Source of the DNA: Thermoplasmatota archaeon | GTDB lineage: Archaea; Thermoplasmatota; JAKEGO01 | NCBI GenBank assembly: GCA_028279595.1 | Contig: JANQNK010000001.1 | Location: 128,001-192,000, forward strand | Direction: 5' to 3' | Length of the DNA stretch: 64,000 nt | In this document: piece by piece, positions 10,621 to 18,738 of the stretch | Position numbering within the stretch: the stretch's first letter is position 1 | How the letters are laid out: every line of letters starts with the position of its first letter | The notes under the pieces: generated by a model | Database searches by the model: none | What the model was told of the DNA's origin: nothing | Seen by the model: the letters and a program-made list of their open reading frames with translations, nothing else | Made by a program: the position numbers and the translations under genes

Positions 10621-11307
10621 TCACACCACCTTGGTGATGTCTAGTATTAGCCCCACGCCAGGCTCGATCCTGAACCCGGTTATCTGCCCCACACGGTTCT
10701 TCGCCATGAGGAACCTCCTGATGTACATCAGGTTCTCGATGCCCCCCTCGCTCATGTCGACGACCATCTCCGTGTAGATGTCCGAGGAGGACCTGAGGAC
10801 CTGCAGCATGGAGCCGTCGATGTCCGCCGGGTCCGCAGTCAGTATTACGAGCTTGTTCCTCGATGCCACGTCCTTGAGGTACCTGATCGCGGTGAACAGG
10901 CTCTCCTCGTTCTCGGTCCTGAGCATGGTCGACATCGAATCGATTATCGTGACGTCCTTCTCGAATATCCTGGGCTCCCTGAGGAGCCTCCCCAGGTAAT
11001 GGCCGGGAAGGTGGCCTCTTATCATCGGGAACACCGGGATGTAGACGAGGTTCTTGTCCAGGAGGTACTCGTCGATGCTGTAATCGAGGGACTTCATCTG
11101 GTCGGAGAAGCCCTTTGTCGCCATCTCCGTGGAGACGTACGTAACTCCCGACCCGTGGAGGAGGAAAGAATAGCAGAGGCGCTGGCAGAGGGCGCTCTTT
11201 CCGCCGCCGTTCTCCCCTGCGATGAGCATCATCGATCCCCTCGGTATGCCTCCTCCGAGGAACCGTCCGAGGCCGTCACGCTCAACGTCGATGGATATCA
11301 GGTCCAA
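10621..11307 (-). CDS. arlH: Archaellum KaiC-like ATP-binding protein ArlH/FlaH
   Basis: LGGGIPRG, GENGGGKSALCQR, IIDS, FRIEPGVG; operon position. Confidence 0.92.
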   Translation of the reverse strand: MDLISIDVERDGLGRFLGGGIPRGSMMLIAGENGGGKSALCQRLCYSFLLHGSGVTYVSTEMATKGFSDQMKSLDYSIDEYLLDKNLVYIPVFPMIRGHLPGHYLGRLLREPRIFEKDVTIIDSMSTMLRTENEESLFTAIRYLKDVASRNKLVILTADPADIDGSMLQVLRSSSDIYTEMVVDMSEGGIENLMYIRRFLMAKNRVGQITGFRIEPGVGLILDITKVV

Positions 11308-11311
11308 TTCA

Positions 11312-11755
11312 TCACCCCGTCCTGAACCACATGGAATCCGAGCTGTCGTGCTCCGCGGTCACCTTCAGGCTGTGGTCGCCATCGGCGATGGTCACTGTGA
11401 CGGTCACGTCGAGTGTCGTCGCGGGTATCCATTCCCCTCCCCCGACGACGGTCGTGTTGTCAGGAACGACGGGGAATCCGTCGACGAAGACCAGGATCGA
11501 CGAGGTATCGATGCCGCGCGTTCCCACGTTCTTGACGTAGACGTGCAGCTCGTCGGTGACGTTGTCATAGGGCATCGCCACCGGGTCGTTCAGAATGACT
11601 ATCCGGGTCCGGATGCTGTCCGAGTTCGCCTGACCCTTCTCCTCGAGGGCGTCGACGAAGTCCTGGCTCACCACGTAGAGGCCTCCGACGACCATCGTCG
11701 CCACCACTATTGAGGCCACGAAGAATATCATGTGTGAGATGGATGTGCCGGGCAT
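11312..11755 (-). CDS. arlG: Archaellum stator protein ArlG/FlaG
   Basis: SISHMIFFVASIVVA, ILNDP, YVKNVG, VFVDG. Confidence 0.9.
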   Translation of the reverse strand: MPGTSISHMIFFVASIVVATMVVGGLYVVSQDFVDALEEKGQANSDSIRTRIVILNDPVAMPYDNVTDELHVYVKNVGTRGIDTSSILVFVDGFPVVPDNTTVVGGGEWIPATTLDVTVTVTIADGDHSLKVTAEHDSSDSMWFRTG

Positions 11756-12192
11756 CAGACCACCACCGATGTATCACTGACCCCGTTGGCCGTCACTATC
11801 TTGATCCTGGCGGGCGCGGAGACGCCGTCAATTGCGAAATGGGCGGTCTCCGATGGCCCCCAGAGGTCCGATCCCGGATGTCCGGCGACACCTGTCCTGT
11901 TCCACCTTATCGAACCGCTCATCAGCGTCCCGTTCACGAGTACGTCGCAGTCACGGACGCTCAGCAAGGAGGACCCATCGTTCGTCACGTTCATCCACAG
12001 GGCTCCCCCGGTGACGTTCGTGTCGGTTATGGCTATCGAGGACCCGGCCCGATCGTATGCGAGCTCGTCACGCTGATCGATCGCGTCCCTGGTCTCCCTT
12101 GACACATTGTCGTAGGTGTTGATGAAATCGGCTGAGATGATCACGATGGCTGAGAAGATGATCACTGTGGCGGCAGAGAGGCCAAGGCCCAT
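11755..12192 (-). CDS. arlF: Archaellum stator protein ArlF/FlaF
   Basis: MGLGLSAATVIIF, NVTNDGS, VLVNG, RIKIVTANG. Confidence 0.88.
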   Translation of the reverse strand: MGLGLSAATVIIFSAIVIISADFINTYDNVSRETRDAIDQRDELAYDRAGSSIAITDTNVTGGALWMNVTNDGSSLLSVRDCDVLVNGTLMSGSIRWNRTGVAGHPGSDLWGPSETAHFAIDGVSAPARIKIVTANGVSDTSVVV

Positions 12193-12198
12193 CTAGGG

Positions 12199-13296
12199 TC
12201 ACCCCCTCTCGTCCGATGAGAGGTGGTCCAGCTTCTCCTTCAACTTGTCGAGCTCCTCCTCGTCGATGACGGGCACGTCGATGAACGCATCCTGCTTGAA
12301 GGTGTCCTCGACGTTCTCCGGAGGCGAGACGGACTCGCTGAACGGCGTGTCGCCGAAATCGGCCTCCTCGGCGGGCTGGTCCTCGGCCACCATGAACTCC
12401 TGGGGAGCCTGATCGACGAACAGCTTCTCGACGGCCTCTGGACCGGAGCTCATCTCCAGCAGACGCTTGACCTCGGCCGCGATGTCCTCCATGACGGCCG
12501 GGTCGACCCTGACGCCCTTGACGCGCTGGATGAACAGGTACGAACTGATGGTATCCTCGGTGGAGAGCTTCCATCCGTCCGTCTCCTCTCGGTCCAGCGC
12601 TATGATCTCGCCGGTCGGGGTGACGGCCTTGTCCATTGGGCCCTTGTCGAAATGAAGGGACTTGATGTACGTCATCGCCTTGGATTCGATGAGGTCGTCG
12701 ATCCATCCGATCTCCTTGTAGTACTCGAGCAGGTTCGGGATCTCGAAGTTCGACATCCTGTCCTGGAGGAATTCGAGCCACTTGAGGATCCAGATCTCCG
12801 ACACGAAGGGCTCGTCCTTCTGGGGTCGCCCGGGCATCGAGTAGTCAACGAAGGGATTGATGTCCAGTGAGAGCACGTCGAAGAGCGTGGCGACCTCCTG
12901 CATCCGCGTTTCAAGCGTGTAGAGCGAGCGGCGGACGTCGTCCATCGAGCTTATCGTCGTTGTCATCCGGGCCATCTTGTCCTTGATCGACCGGATGTCG
13001 GACTCTGCGTTCGACCTGAACCTCTCCAACTCGTGTATCGCCTCGAGTATCTCCGTCAGGTTCCCGGTGGAAGTCATCGGAGCATGTGACGTCTGGTCGT
13101 CCTGCTGCCTGTCCAATGGGATCCCTCCAGGTCCGACGGGCACGGGTGTCGACGGCGTTTCCGCCTCGGGCTCTGCCGAGACCTCTAGGACGGCCTCGGC
13201 CCTGGGAGTGACCTTCTTCAGAGTCGGCATGCCGAGTATGACATCGTACGCATGGGCAACTGCGGCCCCGCTCTCCACCGGCTTCTTGCGAGCCAT
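12199..13296 (-). CDS. Archaellum switch protein with ArlC-like coiled coil plus ArlD/E domain
   Basis: LFDVLSLDINPF (ArlC-like), LKWLEFL...LLEYYKEIGWI and LSTEDTISSYLFI (ArlD/E-like); lies between arlB and arlF. Confidence 0.8.
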   Translation of the reverse strand: MARKKPVESGAAVAHAYDVILGMPTLKKVTPRAEAVLEVSAEPEAETPSTPVPVGPGGIPLDRQQDDQTSHAPMTSTGNLTEILEAIHELERFRSNAESDIRSIKDKMARMTTTISSMDDVRRSLYTLETRMQEVATLFDVLSLDINPFVDYSMPGRPQKDEPFVSEIWILKWLEFLQDRMSNFEIPNLLEYYKEIGWIDDLIESKAMTYIKSLHFDKGPMDKAVTPTGEIIALDREETDGWKLSTEDTISSYLFIQRVKGVRVDPAVMEDIAAEVKRLLEMSSGPEAVEKLFVDQAPQEFMVAEDQPAEEADFGDTPFSESVSPPENVEDTFKQDAFIDVPVIDEEELDKLKEKLDHLSSDERG

Positions 13297-13311
13297 GAGA
13301 TCACAATGCGA

Positions 13312-13872
13312 TCAGATCAGGATGAGGAATCGGTCGCTCAGGTCGTTGGGAGCAATGTAGGATTCCAAGGTCCCTGGCACCCTGTTGGGCGGGATGATCT
13401 TGATGGTGAACTCCTCACCCGGACCTACCGACAGGCCTGAAACGGTGAGGTTCATGGTCTCCCCGCGTGCGAGGATCCCGTTGTCACCGTCCGTGTCGAT
13501 CAACGTCGCTCGTGTGAACGTCGCGTTCTCGTCGTAGTTCGACGGGTCCTGGTACTGGATGAGCACACCCGAGACATCGATCCCAGTGCTGCCGGCGTTG
13601 AGTCCGACAGTGAGGTAGATCTCGTTTATCTCGCGCCCTCCGGAGCCATCGGGTCCGATCCTGCCAACGGTGTTGGTGATCGAAATGCCCCCGGTCGCCG
13701 AGTCGGCGGCGTCCTGGCCCGTACGCTCGGCCTGGTTCTGGAGCTCATCCGCTGTTTGGATGATCACTGCGGCGGCGATGGAAGCGACGAGGATCAATGC
13801 GATGAACACGATCAACGTCCCTATCCCGATAGCCGCTTTAAAGTCCCTCCTAAATCCCTTCAGACACTTCAT
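13312..13872 (-). CDS. arlB: Archaellin
   Basis: Class III signal peptide MKCLKGFRRDFKA|AIGIGTLIVFIALILVASIAAAVII; GGAGG upstream of ATG 13872 (the ORF-track start at 14046 is too long); N-glycosylation sequons NAT and NLT. Confidence 0.93.
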   Translation of the reverse strand: MKCLKGFRRDFKAAIGIGTLIVFIALILVASIAAAVIIQTADELQNQAERTGQDAADSATGGISITNTVGRIGPDGSGGREINEIYLTVGLNAGSTGIDVSGVLIQYQDPSNYDENATFTRATLIDTDGDNGILARGETMNLTVSGLSVGPGEEFTIKIIPPNRVPGTLESYIAPNDLSDRFLILI

Positions 13873-14077
13873 AATAGCCCTCCACGCTACGTCCAGATTC
13901 AATGCGGTTAAGAATATAAAAACTATTTGGTGGCCATTGCCGGAGGTCGATATCCAATGGAAATCGCGGTCCGCCGGATATCCTTCCCTAAGCGCCGAAA
14001 ATTTGCCGTCCAGAGATGTCCTGGCTCGGTGTGGTAACCCCATCAAAGATAAATACCACCACCACGATACCGCCTAG

Positions 14078-15619
14078 ATGACCGCCCTCACCTTCTTTGG
14101 GGGTGTCTCCGAGGTCGGAGGCAACACGATCCTCCTCGAAACTGACGGTCTCCGGGTCCTCATGGACTTCGGTGTCAGTTTCGAAAGGAAGGGGCGTTTC
14201 TTCGAGGAGTTCGTTCAGGTCAGGAACAGGACCCACCTCAGGGACTCCATCGTTCTCGGCCTCGTTCCCCCGCTCGACGGGCTGTACAGGAGCGACCTGG
14301 AGTCTCCACACGGCCTCGAGTCGCTTCAGGTCTACAGGGAGCATCCCGAGCTCTGGCAGACCAGTGTCGTTCCCTGGGAGGAGTCCGAGGACCGTGTCGA
14401 CGCCATGCTACTCACCCACGCCCACCTGGACCACTCTGCCCACATCCCGCTCATGGACCCCCGGATCCCGATCTACTGTTCCGGCGATACCCGCATCCTG
14501 CTGGAGACCATGGACGATATGGACTCCGGAGTGGAATCCGAGTTCGTGAGGACGACGACGTGGGGATTGAAGTCGACGAAGGGCGGGAAGTTCCCCGGAT
14601 CGCCGAAGATCGGTGAGGTGGAGACGACGGACCGGCTCTACCACACCTTCAGACCTCCCGCCAAGTTCAAGATCGAGGACATCGAGGTATCCGCCTTCCC
14701 GGTCGACCACTCCGTCCCCGGGGCCGTCGCGTTCGTCCTTTACACGAGCGACCTGACGATAGCCTACACAGGGGACTTCAGGCTCCACGGGGACCACTCA
14801 CACTGGACCTCCGAGTTCTTCAGCCAGATCGCCGGCGAGGTGGACGTCTTCATCACCGAGGGGACCAGGATACACGAGGAGAGCACCGACAGCGAGCAGG
14901 CCGTCAGGGACGAGGCCACCGCACTGATAGAGAACTCCAACGGCCTGGTGATGGTCGGCTACTCGTGGAAGGACCTGATGCGCACGAAGTCGATGCTCGA
15001 GGTCTCCAGGCGGACTGGACGCGAGCTCGTCATCTCGCCCAGGACGGCGTACTTCCTTTACAAGATGGGCTCCCACGTCGAGGCGATCGTCGGCCTCAAC
15101 GTGTATACCCCGAGGAAAGGCTCGATGATCTACGCACCGAACGATTATTCCGCCGAGAAGTACCTCGCCGGATACGCCCTCGACTGGTCGGGGGACAAAC
15201 CTGATATGACCCACCTCAACGACGGCGTGCGGGCATACGATATCGCCAGGAACCCGAACAGGTACCTCCTCCACCTAGATCTCTTCTCGTTCAACGAGCT
15301 GCTCGACCTCGGAAGGCTCGAGGGGAGCATCTATCTCAAGGCCCAGAGCGAGCCCTTCAGCGAGGAGATGTCCATAGGCGAGGACAGGATCTTGAACTGG
15401 TTCTCCTTCTGGAACATCAATCCGCCCGACCACATGCCGATCGACATCCGCGCCTCCGGCCACGCCGCCGGACCGGACATCCATGCTGCGATAGAGATGG
15501 TCCAGCCCAGGCTCCTCGTACCGGTGCACACCGACCACCCCGAGATGTTCCCCGACAACATCAACATGCTGAACCCCGAGGTCGGCGTCAGGTACGACCT
15601 GTCGTCGTTGGTGCAATAG
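14078..15619 (+). CDS. Metallo-beta-lactamase/beta-CASP fold nuclease (RNase J-like family)
   Basis: GGVSEVGGN, LTHAHLDH, VDHSVPGA, YTGDFR, ASGHA, VPVHT. Confidence 0.8.
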   Translation: MTALTFFGGVSEVGGNTILLETDGLRVLMDFGVSFERKGRFFEEFVQVRNRTHLRDSIVLGLVPPLDGLYRSDLESPHGLESLQVYREHPELWQTSVVPWEESEDRVDAMLLTHAHLDHSAHIPLMDPRIPIYCSGDTRILLETMDDMDSGVESEFVRTTTWGLKSTKGGKFPGSPKIGEVETTDRLYHTFRPPAKFKIEDIEVSAFPVDHSVPGAVAFVLYTSDLTIAYTGDFRLHGDHSHWTSEFFSQIAGEVDVFITEGTRIHEESTDSEQAVRDEATALIENSNGLVMVGYSWKDLMRTKSMLEVSRRTGRELVISPRTAYFLYKMGSHVEAIVGLNVYTPRKGSMIYAPNDYSAEKYLAGYALDWSGDKPDMTHLNDGVRAYDIARNPNRYLLHLDLFSFNELLDLGRLEGSIYLKAQSEPFSEEMSIGEDRILNWFSFWNINPPDHMPIDIRASGHAAGPDIHAAIEMVQPRLLVPVHTDHPEMFPDNINMLNPEVGVRYDLSSLVQ

Positions 15620-15696
15620 AAGTGGAATTCCCTGTCGTTATCTTATTATACACCTTCTCTATAATACCCCCACTCGTGGCTCAGGTCACGTCGTCC

Positions 15697-15797
15697 AGCA
15701 AAATGCCCCGGTAGTGTCACGGGTGAAGTCCAAGGCCTTCACCCTGCTCGGGCGATCTGATCGCCCTCGAGCGACCTATCATCAGGCCTCGATGATA
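15697..15797 (+). repeat. Partial copy of the tRNA-Asp 5' end interrupted by a 52-nt double-hairpin insert (family A)
   Basis: AGCAaaATGCCCCGGTAGTGT[15718-15769]AGCGaCCTATCATC compared with the gene AGCAatATGCCCCGGTAGTGTAGCGGCCTATCATC. Confidence 0.85.
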
Positions 15798-15817
15798 ACC
15801 GGGTCCATTAGCAATAT

Positions 15818-15890
15818 GCCCCGGTAGTGTAGCGGCCTATCATCTCGGCCTGTCGAGCCGAGGACACGGATTCAAATTCCGTCCGGGGCG
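15818..15890 (+). tRNA. tRNA-Asp (GTC)
   Basis: Cloverleaf GCCCCGG...CCGGGGC-G; anticodon arm TCGGC-CT-GTC-GA-GCCGA; T loop TTCAAAT; CCA not encoded. Confidence 0.97.
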
Positions 15891-15915
15891 CTCTTCCTTC
15901 ATTTTACCTGTAGTC

Positions 15916-16007
15916 GCGCCCCGGACTCTCGTGAAGTTAATCCAACAGATTTCTGCCATTGATATTACAATGTGTACGGTCATAACCTTCACGATCCGTC
16001 CGGGGCG
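15916..16007. repeat. Palindrome with tRNA-Asp 3'-end arms around a TCGTGAAG/CTTCACGA stem (family C)
   Basis: GCGCCCCGGAC-TC-TCGTGAAG-(~50 nt AT-rich)-CTTCACGA-TCC-GTCCGGGGCG. Confidence 0.85.
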
Positions 16008-16010
16008 TTC

Positions 16011-16691
16011 TTAGAGCTCGTCCTTCAACTTCGTCAGGACGTACTCGCATCCCATGTGGGACCGGTCGAACCCCGTGACGACGTAACCGTCCGACATGAG
16101 TTCCGTGAACTTCTTCCTCGTCCTCTCGCGCCAGACCTTCGCAGCCTTCGGGTCCTCCGCCTTGATACCGGAAATGTCCTCCGGGATCTGCACCCTCTCG
16201 GGCGCCCCCTCGGATTCGGGTCTGACCGTCAGGTACCAGGATACGTAGAACCTGTCGGTGGCGAGGTCCCCATACAGTGTGGAATCGATCTTCCCGTAGT
16301 AATCAACGAGATATCTCTCGGCGATCCCGCCGATCTTCCTAATGTAGAGGTTGGCGTTGGCAGCCTCGAGCGGATCGTATGTCCAGAAGATGCGTTCGAT
16401 CCCCATCTCCCTGTAGGTCCAGGCCATCTCGGACATGAGCTCGTGGGCGATCCCCTTCGACGCGTGCGATGGGACCACTGCGACCTGATGCATCAAGGCG
16501 GAGCGCCAGTCAGGTCCCGGCAGTCCGAGAAGATAGCCAACGGGCCTGTCCCCGTCGTAGTAACCTAGGACGAGCCCCACAGGGTCCAGCTCGTCCGCAA
16601 TGGCCCTCAGAAGATGTACGGGAACGGTCTCGAGGTCGTTCTTTCCCCATGCGCCCTGCTGGACGTCGAGCATTCCACGGAGTTCGTCCAC
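16011..16691 (-). CDS. GNAT-family acetyltransferase
   Basis: HQVAVVPSHASKGIA, WTYDPLEAANANLYIRKIG, YG.....L...L.TDRF.V.W; start uncertain. Confidence 0.8.
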   Translation of the reverse strand: MDELRGMLDVQQGAWGKNDLETVPVHLLRAIADELDPVGLVLGYYDGDRPVGYLLGLPGPDWRSALMHQVAVVPSHASKGIAHELMSEMAWTYREMGIERIFWTYDPLEAANANLYIRKIGGIAERYLVDYYGKIDSTLYGDLATDRFYVSWYLTVRPESEGAPERVQIPEDISGIKAEDPKAAKVWRERTRKKFTELMSDGYVVTGFDRSHMGCEYVLTKLKDEL

Positions 16692-16719
16692 CTCGCGGAG
16701 ACGGACGACGCCGATGACA

Positions 16720-18216
16720 TCACTTCCCGGGACTTACCCTCGGCGCGTTCCTCAGCCATTCGATGTCGCTCATGTAGAGGTCTCGGATGTCCTTCAGACC
16801 GTGTTCGAGCATCGCAAGACGTTCGAGCCCAAGCCCCCACGCAAGGACGGGATGCCTGGCGCCCACGGGTTCGGTCACCTCGGGCCTGAAGATCCCTGCC
16901 CCGCCCAGCTCCATCCATTGGCCGTTGTAGAACACCTCGACCTCGAGGGACGGCTCGGTGTACGGGAAGTATCCGGGCCTTATCCTGACGTTGTCGAAGC
17001 CCATCCTGCTGTAGAACTCCTTCAGAAGGCCGACGAGCATTCCGAGGCTCGCCCCCTCCTCCATGACGATCCCCTCGATCTGGTAGAACTCCGGCAGGTG
17101 CGTCGAGTCTATCGCTTCCCTCCGGAAGACCGTCTCGATCGAGAAGACGCGGACCGGCGGCTCAGGGTCCTCCCTCAGCCGCCTGATGGTGTTGACAGTG
17201 GTGTGTGTCCTAAGGAGCATCCTGCGGCCGACGTCCTCCGACCAATCGTAACCCCATCCCCGGGACCCCGTGTCCCCACCGTCGCTGTGGACCGCTGCTA
17301 TGCGCTCCATGAGATCGCTATCGAGTTCGGGGCACTCGACCCCGTCTATGTACAATGTATCCTGAAGTTCCCTGGCCGGGTGGTCCTGGGGAATGAAGAG
17401 AACGTCCATGTTCCAGAAGGCCGACTCGACGAACTGACCCTCTATCTCCGTGAATCCCATCTCGAGGAATATCCGTCTGACGCGCTCGATCGTCCTCGTC
17501 ATCGGGTGCTCTCCACCTCCGGAGAGCGCCGGGGACATCGCGTCTATGTCGTACCTCCTGACGGAGACGTCCTTCCAACCCCCGCTTTGAATGAGCTCCG
17601 GTGTGAGCTGGGAGACCTCGTCCCTCTCGGACAGGTCATCCTCGCCAAGGCCTGAAACGGCATCGGTCGGGACGATCATTCGCGATACGACCTCGTCACG
17701 CACCACGGCGCCTCCTCGTTTCCTGAGAAGTTCGAGCGCATCGACCTGGGTTTCCGTGAACTCTCCCTTGGTGGTCATTCCCCCCTCCTTCAGGGCATAC
17801 AGGACCTCAAGCTCCGGAGACCCGGAGTCAAGGGCGTTCCTGCCCTCATCCGTGATCGTGACGGAACCCGAATCAATAGCGATGAACGCCTTCCTCTTGA
17901 GCCATCCCAGCCCTATGGAGAAGTCCTTGGGGTCCATGCCGCAGCCGTCCTTCAGCTCGCCCATGGACATGCCGTCATGGACGGACGCCAGGAGAACCAT
18001 CTCAGGCAGCCCCTCCTCGAGGAACTTCAGGCCCTCATCGCCGATGGAATAGACGACGTCGACCTCGTCCTCGATGGAGACGAGCCCCTTCTCCTTCAAC
18101 CAGGACGCGGCGTTCATGGCCTCGGGAGATGTCAGCCCTTCGATACCGTCGGGCGATACGGGACCGACGTCCCTCAGGGTCCTCAACACCCTCCGTTCAG
18201 CATTACTCAGGTCCAT
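16720..18216 (-). CDS. pheS: Phenylalanine--tRNA ligase alpha subunit (archaeal type)
   Basis: FWNMDVLFIPQDHPARELQDT, LLRTHTT, FRREAIDSTHLPEFYQIEG, YFPYTEPS, AWGLGLERLAM. Confidence 0.97.
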   Translation of the reverse strand: MDLSNAERRVLRTLRDVGPVSPDGIEGLTSPEAMNAASWLKEKGLVSIEDEVDVVYSIGDEGLKFLEEGLPEMVLLASVHDGMSMGELKDGCGMDPKDFSIGLGWLKRKAFIAIDSGSVTITDEGRNALDSGSPELEVLYALKEGGMTTKGEFTETQVDALELLRKRGGAVVRDEVVSRMIVPTDAVSGLGEDDLSERDEVSQLTPELIQSGGWKDVSVRRYDIDAMSPALSGGGEHPMTRTIERVRRIFLEMGFTEIEGQFVESAFWNMDVLFIPQDHPARELQDTLYIDGVECPELDSDLMERIAAVHSDGGDTGSRGWGYDWSEDVGRRMLLRTHTTVNTIRRLREDPEPPVRVFSIETVFRREAIDSTHLPEFYQIEGIVMEEGASLGMLVGLLKEFYSRMGFDNVRIRPGYFPYTEPSLEVEVFYNGQWMELGGAGIFRPEVTEPVGARHPVLAWGLGLERLAMLEHGLKDIRDLYMSDIEWLRNAPRVSPGK

Positions 18217-18267
18217 CCGTCCCTCGGAACGGTGTAGCGGTAATTAAAACTATCCGGTTTTCCGGGC

Positions 18268-18732
18268 TCAGATGAAGGGGCGGACGCTGGGCGATATCCG
18301 GACCTGGTACTTCTGCCCGCCGACCGAGACCGAGAAGATGACCTCCTTCCCCCGGGCCTTCCTCTTCGTCTTGGTCACCTCGTCGATGGGAAGGACCACG
18401 GTCTCCCTGAAACCCTTCTTGGCCCACCCTTTGGCCTGACCCATGAACTTCCGCCTGTCGTCGATCCAGCCGTGGCTCTCCGTCGCATAGGCGGTCATCG
18501 GGGGGATCCTGAGGAAGATGATGCGCCTGTCCGTCCTGTAGAGCTCTCCGGAACCAACGTCAGGGAAGACCATAGTTCCGAACAATCCGCCCCCCTTCGA
18601 GACCTCGCAACCTGCGTCCGTGTCCTGGACGACCACGACCTCGCCCTTCTCGAGGATGGGCACTCCCTTATCGTCGTGGATGCTCCCCAGCGGCTCCTTC
18701 ACGTTGCCGAAGTTGTAGTAGGCGATCTCCAT
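18268..18732 (-). CDS. Hypothetical protein (possible PH-like fold)
   Basis: 154-aa ORF with host-like codon usage, co-directional with neighbours; GELYRTDRRIIF resembles PH/GRAM-like motifs. Confidence 0.55.
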   Translation of the reverse strand: MEIAYYNFGNVKEPLGSIHDDKGVPILEKGEVVVVQDTDAGCEVSKGGGLFGTMVFPDVGSGELYRTDRRIIFLRIPPMTAYATESHGWIDDRRKFMGQAKGWAKKGFRETVVLPIDEVTKTKRKARGKEVIFSVSVGGQKYQVRISPSVRPFI

Positions 18733-18738
18733 GGGGGT

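Noticed and set aside
15697-16007. Split or intron-containing second tRNA-Asp (likewise for the Tyr fragments)
   Set aside because: The fragments lack an anticodon arm, carry substitutions relative to the gene, and show no clear BHB at the insert junctions or complementary leader/trailer for trans-splicing.
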